DNA of 64,000 bases. It comes from Macrostomum lignano (taxonomy: Eukaryota). Below the pieces are notes generated by a model, which was not told the origin of the DNA, made no database searches, and was given only the letters and a program-made list of their open reading frames with translations. Location: assembly GCA_002269645.1 (NCBI GenBank), contig NIVC01003908.1:6187-70186 (forward strand), written 5' to 3'. Every line of letters starts with the position of its first letter. The stretch's first letter is position 1. Position numbers and translations under genes: made by a program. Of this stretch, positions 55,292 to 64,000 are shown piece by piece.

Positions 55292-58200
55292 ATGGAACAA
55301 CTCAGAAAGATGAGTGATGAAGAATTTGAACAATACATTCAAGCTGAGCGGTTTCGGCGTCAGCAGCAAAAGCACACAGATAATGAGCCTATAGCGGAGT
55401 CCAAAGAAGATGAAGTGGCAGCTCCGCAGATTGGTGATGAAATAATACTACATAAATCCTTTAGAGAGAAGTATAATAAGAAGTCAGAAATTTCAGAGTA
55501 CGTCATTAGGAATGTTAATGAAGGTTATATAACAAAGGTTTTTATTCAGTATGAAGATGCAATTAAAGCAGTGTTGGAGAAAGTTAGAGATGGTGGACGG
55601 AGTAAGTTCAACTTGCATTTTGAACTAGAATTCAAAAAGAATTTTAACGAAGACATTCCTCCATTCACAGTCTATGACAATGAAAGTGGATTCTACAATA
55701 TTCAGTCAGATTCACAGTATGACGCTGCCCTTACCGAAAGACAGAAGATATTGGAAAAGTTCATTGATGAGTTCTGTGAGAAGGGATCAGATAATGTCTT
55801 TGTGCAGATAAAATCTATCTACATCAGAGTTGCCAAGGTTTCTAGCATTCAGGGAGGATCCTTCTTTACTAACAATGAAGTTAAAAAATGTCTATCAATT
55901 CTTAACATTCAGAATGATGATGAGAAATGCTTCCTCTGGTGTGTATTAGCTGTTAAACATCCACAAAATAAAGATGGTTATCGAGTGTCAAAATATAAAC
56001 CATATGAAAAAGAACTTAATCTCACCGATATCCAATTCCCCATGAGAATAAAAGATATAAAAAAGTTTGAAAGACTAAATGAAGAGTTTGCTGTTAATGT
56101 GCTGTATTATGAAGGTAAATTCCCAGATACACTACAACATCTCTATGTCTCACCTCATAATCAACGAACTTATGTAGTAGATTTACTATACTTGGAGGAA
56201 GATGGTAAGACTCATTATTGTCTGATAAAAAATCTTACAACATTAGTTTCAAAACAAACTGGAAAGCGTGTAAATCACAAGTCATTTTTATGCAGAACAT
56301 GCATGACTGTTTACACAAGTGAAACCGTGTTGGCCGAGCACTCAAGGTTGTGCGGTAAAAATGCACCTGGTCATTATAAATTACCTAAGGAAGAATCGAA
56401 GCTGAAATTTAAAAATCATATATTCAAACTAAAGCTACCCATCGCTATCTATGCTGACTTTGAAGCAACAACTGAACCCATTGAAGCACAAAGTAAAAGC
56501 TTCACTAAGATTTTAGACAAAGAGTCATATACTCTAAAAGTAGCAAATCAGAACGCAATAGCTTACGGTTTTTATATCCATTCTGAGTTACCCGAGGTAA
56601 TTAATGTTGAAGTTTTTTCAACAGCTTTTTCAACAGCTATTTGCTCCTGTGTATCTATGGTTGTTAGTTCATATCGGTACGATACTGTATTGAATATTTA
56701 TTGAACTTTCTAGAAAGGGATACGCACAGCTATTTGCATTAACAATATTAATCAATATTATGTATCTGACAATTACTATATAAAGTACTAAAAGTACGAG
56801 CTATAAACTATAAACAACAATTAAATCGAAGTATGAAGGATATTGTGGCACAGATGCCAAGGAAAAATATGTTGATAGAATGGTTGAAATTCATCAACAA
56901 ATTAAGAATGGTCTGAAGGAGCCTAAGCATATTAATCATAATTTGACAGCGCAAGAGGAGGCTTCTTACTGTAAGGCTAAACAATGCTACATATGCGAGA
57001 AGGAGTTTGATATGGTTCCAGATATGAAGGTGCATGTGAAGGAAATTGACAGTAAAGTTACTATAGAATCTTGGTGCAAAAATGTCTGAACAAGAGCAAT
57101 AATATAAGTAAATATAAGATCACAAAGCAACAATGGAAAGAGTTTTACAGGGCTGAAAAATGTGCGAATTGTAAAAATGACTTCACACTTAAGCTAGGTA
57201 AGGTAAGAGAACATTGTCACTATAGTGGCAAATATAGAGGGGCTGCCTGTAAATCCTGCAATGCTCTCGAAAGTAAGAAGCGAGTAATCCCAATCTACTT
57301 CCAGAATGGATCCCACTATGACTTTCACTTCTTAGTGACACACTTAAAGAGCAAAGAGATCATGGAGGATAAATTATTTCCTCCACTATCTAAAACTTCT
57401 GAAGAGTACATTTCTCTCGAGTTTGGATGTAACAAAGTAGTACTGAGGTTCCTAGATTCATACAGGTTCTTGGCTTCCTCGCTGGATATCTGCGCAAAGT
57501 CCCTGAAGGATGAAGACTTCATCATAACAAAGAAATACTTTAAAAACGACAGCGATTTTCAATATGTTAAGCGCAAGGGTGTATTCCCATATGAGTATAT
57601 CAGAAGCTTTGGAAGATTAGCAGAAACTGAGTTACCACCATTGAAAGAGTTTTACTCGAGGTTGAAAGGTGAAGACATTTCTTCAGATGAATATGATTTT
57701 GCAAAACAAATGTGGAAAACTTTTAATTGTAAGAATTTGGAGGATTATATGATGCTGTATCTTAAGGTTGACGTTCTATTATTAGCAGATGTATTCGAAC
57801 GCTATAGAACATTCTTCCTGAAACACTTTGAGATTGATCCAGCCAGATGCTTCTCAGCACCAGGATTGAGTTGGAATGCTGGGTTGAAGAAAAGTAAAGT
57901 TGAGTTAGACTTGCTGGCGATATCGATATGATTCATATGATTGATAGTGGAATAAGAGGTGGATTTAGCGGAGTTCTAGGGTCACGATATGTAAAGGCAA
58001 ATAATCCTTATCTTCCAGGCTATGATTTAGAAAAACCAACTTCCTACTTACTTTACGTTGATTGTACAAATCTCTATGGTTATAGTATGTTGGAACCCCT
58101 TCCTTTTTCTGACTAAATGGGAAGCTGATTCCAACTATTATAAAAATCCTCCTGAAGGACGGGGCTGTCTTGTTGAATGTGATCTTGAATATACAAAAGA

Positions 58201-59335
58201 ATCAAAAAAGAAAACGTATGCCTTCCCATTAGCACCTGAAAGTACAACTGTGTCAGAAAGTGAATTGAGTGAATATCAGAAAGGATGTCTAGAAGTCGAA
58301 ATGAAAAAGATTGGAAAAGTTCCTAAATTGATCCTTAATTTAAAAAATAAAACAAAATATATCGTACATCATAAGCTATTGCGATTCTATGAAGAGATGG
58401 GCTTGAAAGTGACAAAAGTACATAGGACGATTTCATTCAATGAAAAGCCATGGTTAAAGGAGTATATCGAGTTTAATACGATAGAAAGAAAGAAGGCAAA
58501 AGAAGCAAAAATTGAGTTCGAAGACAATCAGTTCAAAATGCTTAATGTAAGCATCTTTGGCAAGACAATGGAGGATGTTAAAAAGAGAAAGCGATTTGAG
58601 TTGCTGACAAGTGAGGATGAGATATCTAAGATAATATCCAAGCCAGATTTCATAGACTTCAAAATCTTCAATGAAAATCTAATTTGCATTCACCAGCGAC
58701 CTAAGAATATCCCTCTTGGAACAAAGCCAACATACGCTGGACAAGCAATTCTGGATCTCTCGAAATTGCATATGTATGAAACATTTTACAAAGTTTTCAA
58801 GTCCAAATGGGGGGATAATGTTGAGATTGTTACCTCTGACACCGACTCATTCATTCTTCATATAAAGACAGAAAATATTTATAAAGACATTGCTCAGATG
58901 AAGGAGCATTTCGATTTGTCGCTGTATACAAAAAATCTTCCGATTGATTTACATGATATGACTAATTGTGGAAAGCTGGGAACATTCAAGGATGAATTGG
59001 CAAAATATGATTGCATAATGACAGAAGTAACCGCTCTAAGATCGAAAGCATATTCATTTAAAACAGTTTATGTCAGCACTCAAAAGGAAGGGAAGGAAGA
59101 GAAAAAATTAAAGGGAATCTCAAAGTCAACAGTGAAGCATCATGTACAATATGATGACTATAGAAATATACTACTTGATTATAACGAACCAGTCTATAGG
59201 AAAGTGTATAGCCTTAGATCAGACAAGCATAACATGACTTTAATAGAACAAAATAAGAAGGCTATTAGTCCTTTCGATGACAAAAGATACATTGAATCCA
59301 ATGGAATTATAACACATCCTCATGGATTCAAATAA
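55292..59335 (+). pseudogene. polB: Full-length protein-primed PolB, disrupted by a solo LTR and three frameshifts
   Basis: IQND.EKCF.W, IYADFE, VREHCHYSGKYRGAAC..CN, RFLDSYRF, KGVFPYEY, YVDCTNLYG, N.SIFGK, TSDTDS and FDDKRY. Confidence 0.97.
56605..56819. mobile_element. 215-bp solo LTR inserted in pPolB
   Basis: TGTTG...CAACA with 5-bp TSD ATTAA (56600-04 and 56820-24). Removal restores the frame EVIKSKYEGYCG. Confidence 0.9.
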
Positions 59336-59337
59336 GT

Positions 59338-59559
59338 TTAAAAAACCAAACAATTCAATTGCTTAAGAAGTTTCTTGCGCTGATCATTAAACTCAACATA
59401 CTTCCTGATCTCTTTTATTTTTTTAACTAACTTGTCGATTTCAACTTCAATAAATGCTTCTGCAAAAACAATAGCAGTTTCAAGAAAACATTTGCGATCA
59501 CTTAATTTATCAATATATCCATAATCCGGTTCTATTATTCCACGATGTGTATGCACCAC
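59338..59559 (-). CDS. Small coiled-coil ORF, probably with an upstream part starting near 59644 after a frameshift
   Basis: 73-aa ORF convergent with pPolB; T-run-CTAG-A-run-ATG start motif at ~59642. Confidence 0.4.
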   Translation of the reverse strand: MVHTHRGIIEPDYGYIDKLSDRKCFLETAIVFAEAFIEVEIDKLVKKIKEIRKYVEFNDQRKKLLKQLNCLVF

Positions 59560-59667
59560 CCTAAAGTTATTTATTTTATTTCTCTATCAATGCGCTTTAT
59601 TTCATCTTGGTATGCATTTAGGAGAACTTTTATTGCAGCCATTTTCTAGAAAAAAAATTATACAATA

Positions 59668-60378
59668 TTAATTGTAGGGAGGTGCACTTGGAGCATTTGA
59701 TTGAATATTGAGTGTTGCCGAGTACTCTTTTGGCTTATCAGCTAGACCCAATTTTTCTCTCAGATCTTTCTCTAGCAGTTCCTTTTTATTTTTTTCCTTC
59801 GCTGAATGACCAAGTCTACTCTCTTTGAGAATTTTATCAACGACTTCCGAATGGTTAACTTCTTCAGGCGCAACACAGGCGTCTAACAATTGATCTCTTT
59901 TCTCTCTGTATTCTGAATAAATTGCAGTAGCTGCTTGAACCTCTTCAAGATTTAATCTATAATCATTAACTGCTTTTTGGGAGTAAATATACAATCTCTC
60001 TCTGTATTGATTTGCCAGATCTCTGAAAACAATGTATTTTGCCTTCTGCTTTTGGCAGTGCATTTTCACAGTTGCAAACAACGACGTGGATTTTACAGCT
60101 TCAAAACCACTCATTGCCCCGATTACTACTCCAATGACTAAGGGATTCAATGTCAGTATCGATGTTGCTATGCCAATTCCTGTAGCAGCCAAGAGACTTA
60201 CATTTCCTGTCACAATGTTGATCCAATTTATCCTGCTACTTTGCCGTTTGTACTTTTTTACCTTTTTGCTATAAATTGTAAGATCTTTAGTAATGCATTC
60301 AATACTGCCTTTGATTTCACCCTTTCTCTGATTGAAATAGTCCCGCTCCCTCAAATCTGCTTCATGCAGCTCAACCAC
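59668..60378 (-). CDS. Membrane-associated hydrophobic-hairpin protein ('GasderminX'-like)
   Basis: KKVKKYKR followed by two hydrophobic helices; C-terminal PSAPPY. Confidence 0.75.
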   Translation of the reverse strand: MVELHEADLRERDYFNQRKGEIKGSIECITKDLTIYSKKVKKYKRQSSRINWINIVTGNVSLLAATGIGIATSILTLNPLVIGVVIGAMSGFEAVKSTSLFATVKMHCQKQKAKYIVFRDLANQYRERLYIYSQKAVNDYRLNLEEVQAATAIYSEYREKRDQLLDACVAPEEVNHSEVVDKILKESRLGHSAKEKNKKELLEKDLREKLGLADKPKEYSATLNIQSNAPSAPPYN

Positions 60379-60410
60379 AGGATAGATGTGTTCATTTTTA
60401 TCAATTATTT

Positions 60411-61790
60411 TTATGTGGCAATTATGTCTAAAATCGGATAAAGTTGAAAGCCTGAAACTATAAGAACAGTTGATCCTTCAGTGGCCGAATTAATATGCAC
60501 TCTATAAACGGAGAATTTTTCGGTGGAAGCTACTTCGAAATACTTCATCACTCCAGGAACTAAACCAGCGTTTTCGGTAGAAAAAATATTCTTAAAGTCT
60601 CTCTTGTTATTGCTACCTTTTAGAATAAAACTTTTTGGTTGATTTTTTATAATTTCACTACCTACTGCTTTGGTTCCTTTCAATCCGAATTTCCAAATTT
60701 GAATAGACTCGGGAAGTTGTACTTCAATGTAAGAATTGGGTTCATTCCTCGATGCCCATTCTGAATTAGATACTACATAACCCCAATTATCTGACGTTTC
60801 AAATGCTCCTGATGACGCTACATTGAAACCCCTTTCTCTATAGTTTTGACGTGTTGCTAGTGAGGGAATATATCCTGTATAAGATTTGAAACCTAGTCCC
60901 CGCCTTAGTCGCAGCTCCACTGATTCAAGTGCATTGTCTACGTATAGCTTTGGTACAGCTTGAAATCTATCTATAGGCCACACTAAATCATTAACCACTG
61001 TTTGTCTCTCAAGTAATTCAACTTTTGTAAGCTTTACGGAACCAGAAAAATTAAGAGAATAATGGAAATAATATGAGGGATTGGGTATTTTTTTCCTAAG
61101 ATGTGCATTGCCCCTTCGTAGTTCAATGGGTGCACTTTGTTCAACAGGTGTCCAGTTTGTTCCATTTAGGCTCACACTAACAGACCAACCAGGCCACACC
61201 TCTCCTTCCAACTTTATCTCTACAACTTTCCTAGCTCTTTTCAAAAATTGAAATCGTATCCACTTGTCTGAGTCATCTACACTGCTCCATTCTGAAGCTG
61301 GGTTTGAATCTGCAACATGATATGCTGCTGAAGAGTTATGAGAAGCGGTCACTTTCATGTCAGGATGGGAAGCGTTTGAAGTCAGTAATGAAAGAATATT
61401 GACTAATTTCGAACTCTTTGTACCCCCCACAGTACCTTGCCTTTCTGCTAACAAAGTGTCAATCTCAGTTTTAGAATACATCTTAGTGTCAATCTCAGTT
61501 TTAGAATACATCTTAGTGTCAGTTTCGGTTTTTGTGTAGACATTGTTTACGCGCCCATGAGCATCGTCAATTAATTGTAGCATGGTGATATTCATTGCGT
61601 CACTATCTTCCTTTGAATAAGAGTCTGAAACATTTCTCTTTGCTAACAATAAATTATCTATTTCCTCTCTCTTATATCCTTCATTTTCATTGATGTATCG
61701 ATCATCAGCTAACACTATTGTTATTCCAGGTGCTATATCATTTGAATTTGACGAGTAACCAAATTGATTGGCAGTATTCTTGTAACTCAT
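60411..61790 (-). CDS. Putative fibre/receptor-binding protein with two discoidin (F5/8-C)-like domains
   Basis: DDRYINENE; repeats YTKTETD/YSKTEID; VTAS....AYHVAD....EWSS....WIRFQF; W......SYIEVQLP...I.KFGL...PKSFILKGSNN. Confidence 0.7.
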   Translation of the reverse strand: MSYKNTANQFGYSSNSNDIAPGITIVLADDRYINENEGYKREEIDNLLLAKRNVSDSYSKEDSDAMNITMLQLIDDAHGRVNNVYTKTETDTKMYSKTEIDTKMYSKTEIDTLLAERQGTVGGTKSSKLVNILSLLTSNASHPDMKVTASHNSSAAYHVADSNPASEWSSVDDSDKWIRFQFLKRARKVVEIKLEGEVWPGWSVSVSLNGTNWTPVEQSAPIELRRGNAHLRKKIPNPSYYFHYSLNFSGSVKLTKVELLERQTVVNDLVWPIDRFQAVPKLYVDNALESVELRLRRGLGFKSYTGYIPSLATRQNYRERGFNVASSGAFETSDNWGYVVSNSEWASRNEPNSYIEVQLPESIQIWKFGLKGTKAVGSEIIKNQPKSFILKGSNNKRDFKNIFSTENAGLVPGVMKYFEVASTEKFSVYRVHINSATEGSTVLIVSGFQLYPILDIIAT

Positions 61791-62217
61791 TTTAATTGCT
61801 GCAAAATTTCATTATAGCTATCTCCTTTATCGATTCGGTGTAAAAAGTACAGCGACATTTGGCCACAAAATTTCTTATCAAAAGTTTGAATTTGTTCTTC
61901 CATGTCTCCACATATTCTATTCTTTGTGTGATTAAACTTTTCCATAATTTCCTGTGTAGGTGGTAGTGCATAGGAATCAAAAAAATAAACCTTATCAGGA
62001 GCTGAAAATATAGCTGAATGATGTATACCCGTTCTTTCGAAGTGTGAATATTTGTCATAAAGTAACCATACTGTGGTAAATCAACAATTTCATCTCTCAT
62101 GGCATAGCGAAATGGTTTTAACTTGAGATATTTTGCCCAATTTATCAGATCAATATTAGTCGTAGTGTCAGTACCAAACATTTGTTTAAATGCATTCCAT
62201 CTCTCAGCTTCGCTCAT
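61787..62217 (-). pseudogene. Adenain-like protease, one frameshift near 62030
   Basis: The shifted frame gives GIHHSAIF...VYFFDSYALPP...IQTFDKKFCG; its TGA overlaps the fibre ATG. Confidence 0.85.
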
Positions 62218-62226
62218 TTTTAACAC

Positions 62227-63005
62227 TCATATTTGTCGTATGTGAAGATTTATAAATATTTCCTCGCCATCAAAGTCGTATAGAACACCAGACTCATCTT
62301 CGATGACAAAGTCGAATGTGCTCAACATGTTTGTAGTTAGTGGTAGGTACACAGGATTTGCGGGCTCTTGAATAATTTTACTTCCCATTGGGACAGAGAA
62401 CGATGGAATTGAAAGAAGTATTTGCTTATCAATTAAATGATTTCCATTAGCTGGATCAGTGATAAACCCCTTTGATATTTAGACAACGAACCATGATCGC
62501 ACTTCTAGCTCCGTCTATCCGAGCTGGATTTGGAGCTCTCTCAAATGGTTTCAAATACACTTCCGAATTGAATCCCAACAGTCTTCTAAAGTTATTGGAA
62601 TGTGCATCCCTGAAATCAACTTGATAATCTGTGGCTAACCGTAACTCAACTCTACGCGTGTCTAGGCTTGCACTGAAAACAATAGCCCCCTCTTTCCAAT
62701 CATTTGCAGCTGTTAGCAATCTTTGAATCTCGCTTGACAGACTTTTAACTTCCCATGACCCTGCTTGAATCTTTAACTTTTTCCATGTTCTACCACTATC
62801 CCTCGAGTATCGCAACTCCTTCAATATTGTTAATAGCATCAAAGACTGCAAACTTTTTTATACCAGCTTCGTATTCTCGATCTTCATACAAATTTATAGG
62901 AGTGCCTAGAGTTTGTCGAAATGGGTTTTTAATTGAAAAGAAGTCAAATGTGCGTTGAAACTTTTTACTCAAGAGGATGTTGACTTTTTCTATTTCTTTT
63001 TCCAT
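62227..63005 (-). pseudogene. Penton, frameshifted
   Basis: PINL..D.EYE.G; LRYS.D.G.TW..L.I..GSWE; LLGF; EPANPVYLPL...IEDESG.LYDFDGEEIFINLHIR. Confidence 0.88.
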
Positions 63006-63007
63006 TT

Positions 63008-63737
63008 TTAAGCAAGTAATTCTGCTAGCTCTTTATCAACATTATTATGTCCTTCTGCCTTGGCGGCTAATAAAGTTAACACTCTTTCACTGAGTCCAGA
63101 TCCCGGTTTTACTCGATATCCTGGTGGATTATCTTTCAATATCCTTACTGCTTGCTTATAATTCCCACTTGATTTGGCCGCTGGATTTTTACAATGTTCA
63201 ATGAGGTTAACATAATCCTGCAATGTTTGCATCTTGAATTGCTTCAGCTCTTCACCATTTTCAGTTACTTTAGGCATTTTGAACAACTCTTCAAGATCTT
63301 CAGAAAATGGCATTCGAAATTCGTTGACAATGATGTCTCGACCTTGTTCATGGAATTCAACATCTATTACAGATGATCCAAATATATATCCAGCATCAGT
63401 TTTTTGAATTCGTATACTATGTGCTGGTCTTTGAGTTATTGGAATCTTTCCAATTTCTTCAATTCTTTTGTCAAATACTTCCAGAGGTTCAAATCGTCCT
63501 TTTGGTGTACTTGATTGCGGAACTGGAACTTTTTGATTCTGAAGTTTATCAACAAGGTTGGCATTGACATCAATAAATTCATCAAGCTTTTCTGTGACAG
63601 GTTTTTTGAGCTAATGGAGCCACTCTTGCATATAAACTCTCTTCTCCAATTTTCAAATAGCGTTGAGCATCATTTCTGGATTTGTACATTCTCGCTGCTT
63701 TGCTAAATTAATGAGTTCTTATATATTCATTAGTCAT
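63008..63737 (-). pseudogene. Homologue of 5595-6815 (GSGL...LLAAK.EGHNN tail), decayed
   Basis: PFSEDLEELF versus PFTETLLTFM; shared C-terminal motif. Confidence 0.65.
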
Positions 63738-64000
63738 TTTTACAATGGGATTTAGTTAGAACATCCTTATACAAATCTTGCTCATCCTCATCAGCTCTTG
63801 TATTTATATAGATATAGCCATACTTCTTTTTCCAAGCCTCTCTACATTTAGCCTTGAATATAGCGGGCTCATAATTCGTTTCTATATTTCTAGCAATGTG
63901 ATTCAAGTTTGTATCTTTTGTTTAAAGATTATGTAACATGTCGTATTCTCCTATTGTATTGCGATCAAGTTTGGTAAAATTTTGAGCTAGATAAAAACCA
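63733..64000 (-). pseudogene. Packaging ATPase C-terminus, frameshifted
   Basis: FYLAQNFTKLDRNTI... and CREAWKK..YG.IYI. Confidence 0.75.

Larger units (their letters stand above)
52911..64000 (+). mobile_element. Polinton/Maverick family C element (left end not located; continues beyond the window)
   Basis: pPolB, membrane protein, fibre, PRO, penton, GxG protein and ATPase. Confidence 0.92.

Noticed and set aside
56597-56830. Spliceosomal intron in pPolB (GAG|GTAATT)
   Set aside because: TGTTG...CAACA ends with a perfect ATTAA TSD explain it better, and there is no polypyrimidine acceptor.
1-64000. Prokaryotic or phage origin (tectivirus-like)
   Set aside because: LTR retrotransposons, a SINE, hAT elements, the chromodomain integrase, and the TATA/HSE promoters all indicate a eukaryotic host genome.

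Overview
Eukaryotic, probably invertebrate, transposon-saturated region with no recognisable host gene. It is dominated by three distinct Polinton/Maverick (adintovirus-like) families. Family A: right arm of a full element (1-9727) with pPolB, protease, membrane protein, fibre-like protein, ATPase, core proteins, MCP, penton and a TIR ending in CTACT. Family A also contributes a 5.9-kb non-autonomous deletion derivative (42768-~48634) and several relics. Family B (~12.5-20.7 kb): PW/PM/INT/penton/PZ/MCP/PRO/ATP module, no pPolB nearby, preceded by a TBP-fold-like ORF. Family C (~52.9 kb to the window end): pPolB with a solo LTR inside, membrane protein, discoidin-tipped fibre, PRO, penton and ATPase. 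Interleaved are Ty3/gypsy and Bel/Pao retroelements, hAT, EnSpm-like and Crypton relics, MITEs and a CORE-SINE. Best candidates for undescribed biology: (1) a conserved ~205-aa helical (DUF3102/HTH-like) gene followed immediately by an array of iterated palindromes in two divergent Polinton families; (2) perfect heat-shock elements in front of that gene and beside the family A terminus; (3) a Polinton-borne TBP-like protein; (4) ESCRT late-domain motifs in Polinton proteins; (5) a small gene carried inside the TIR. All family and domain calls are by-eye motif recognition, and no searches were run.
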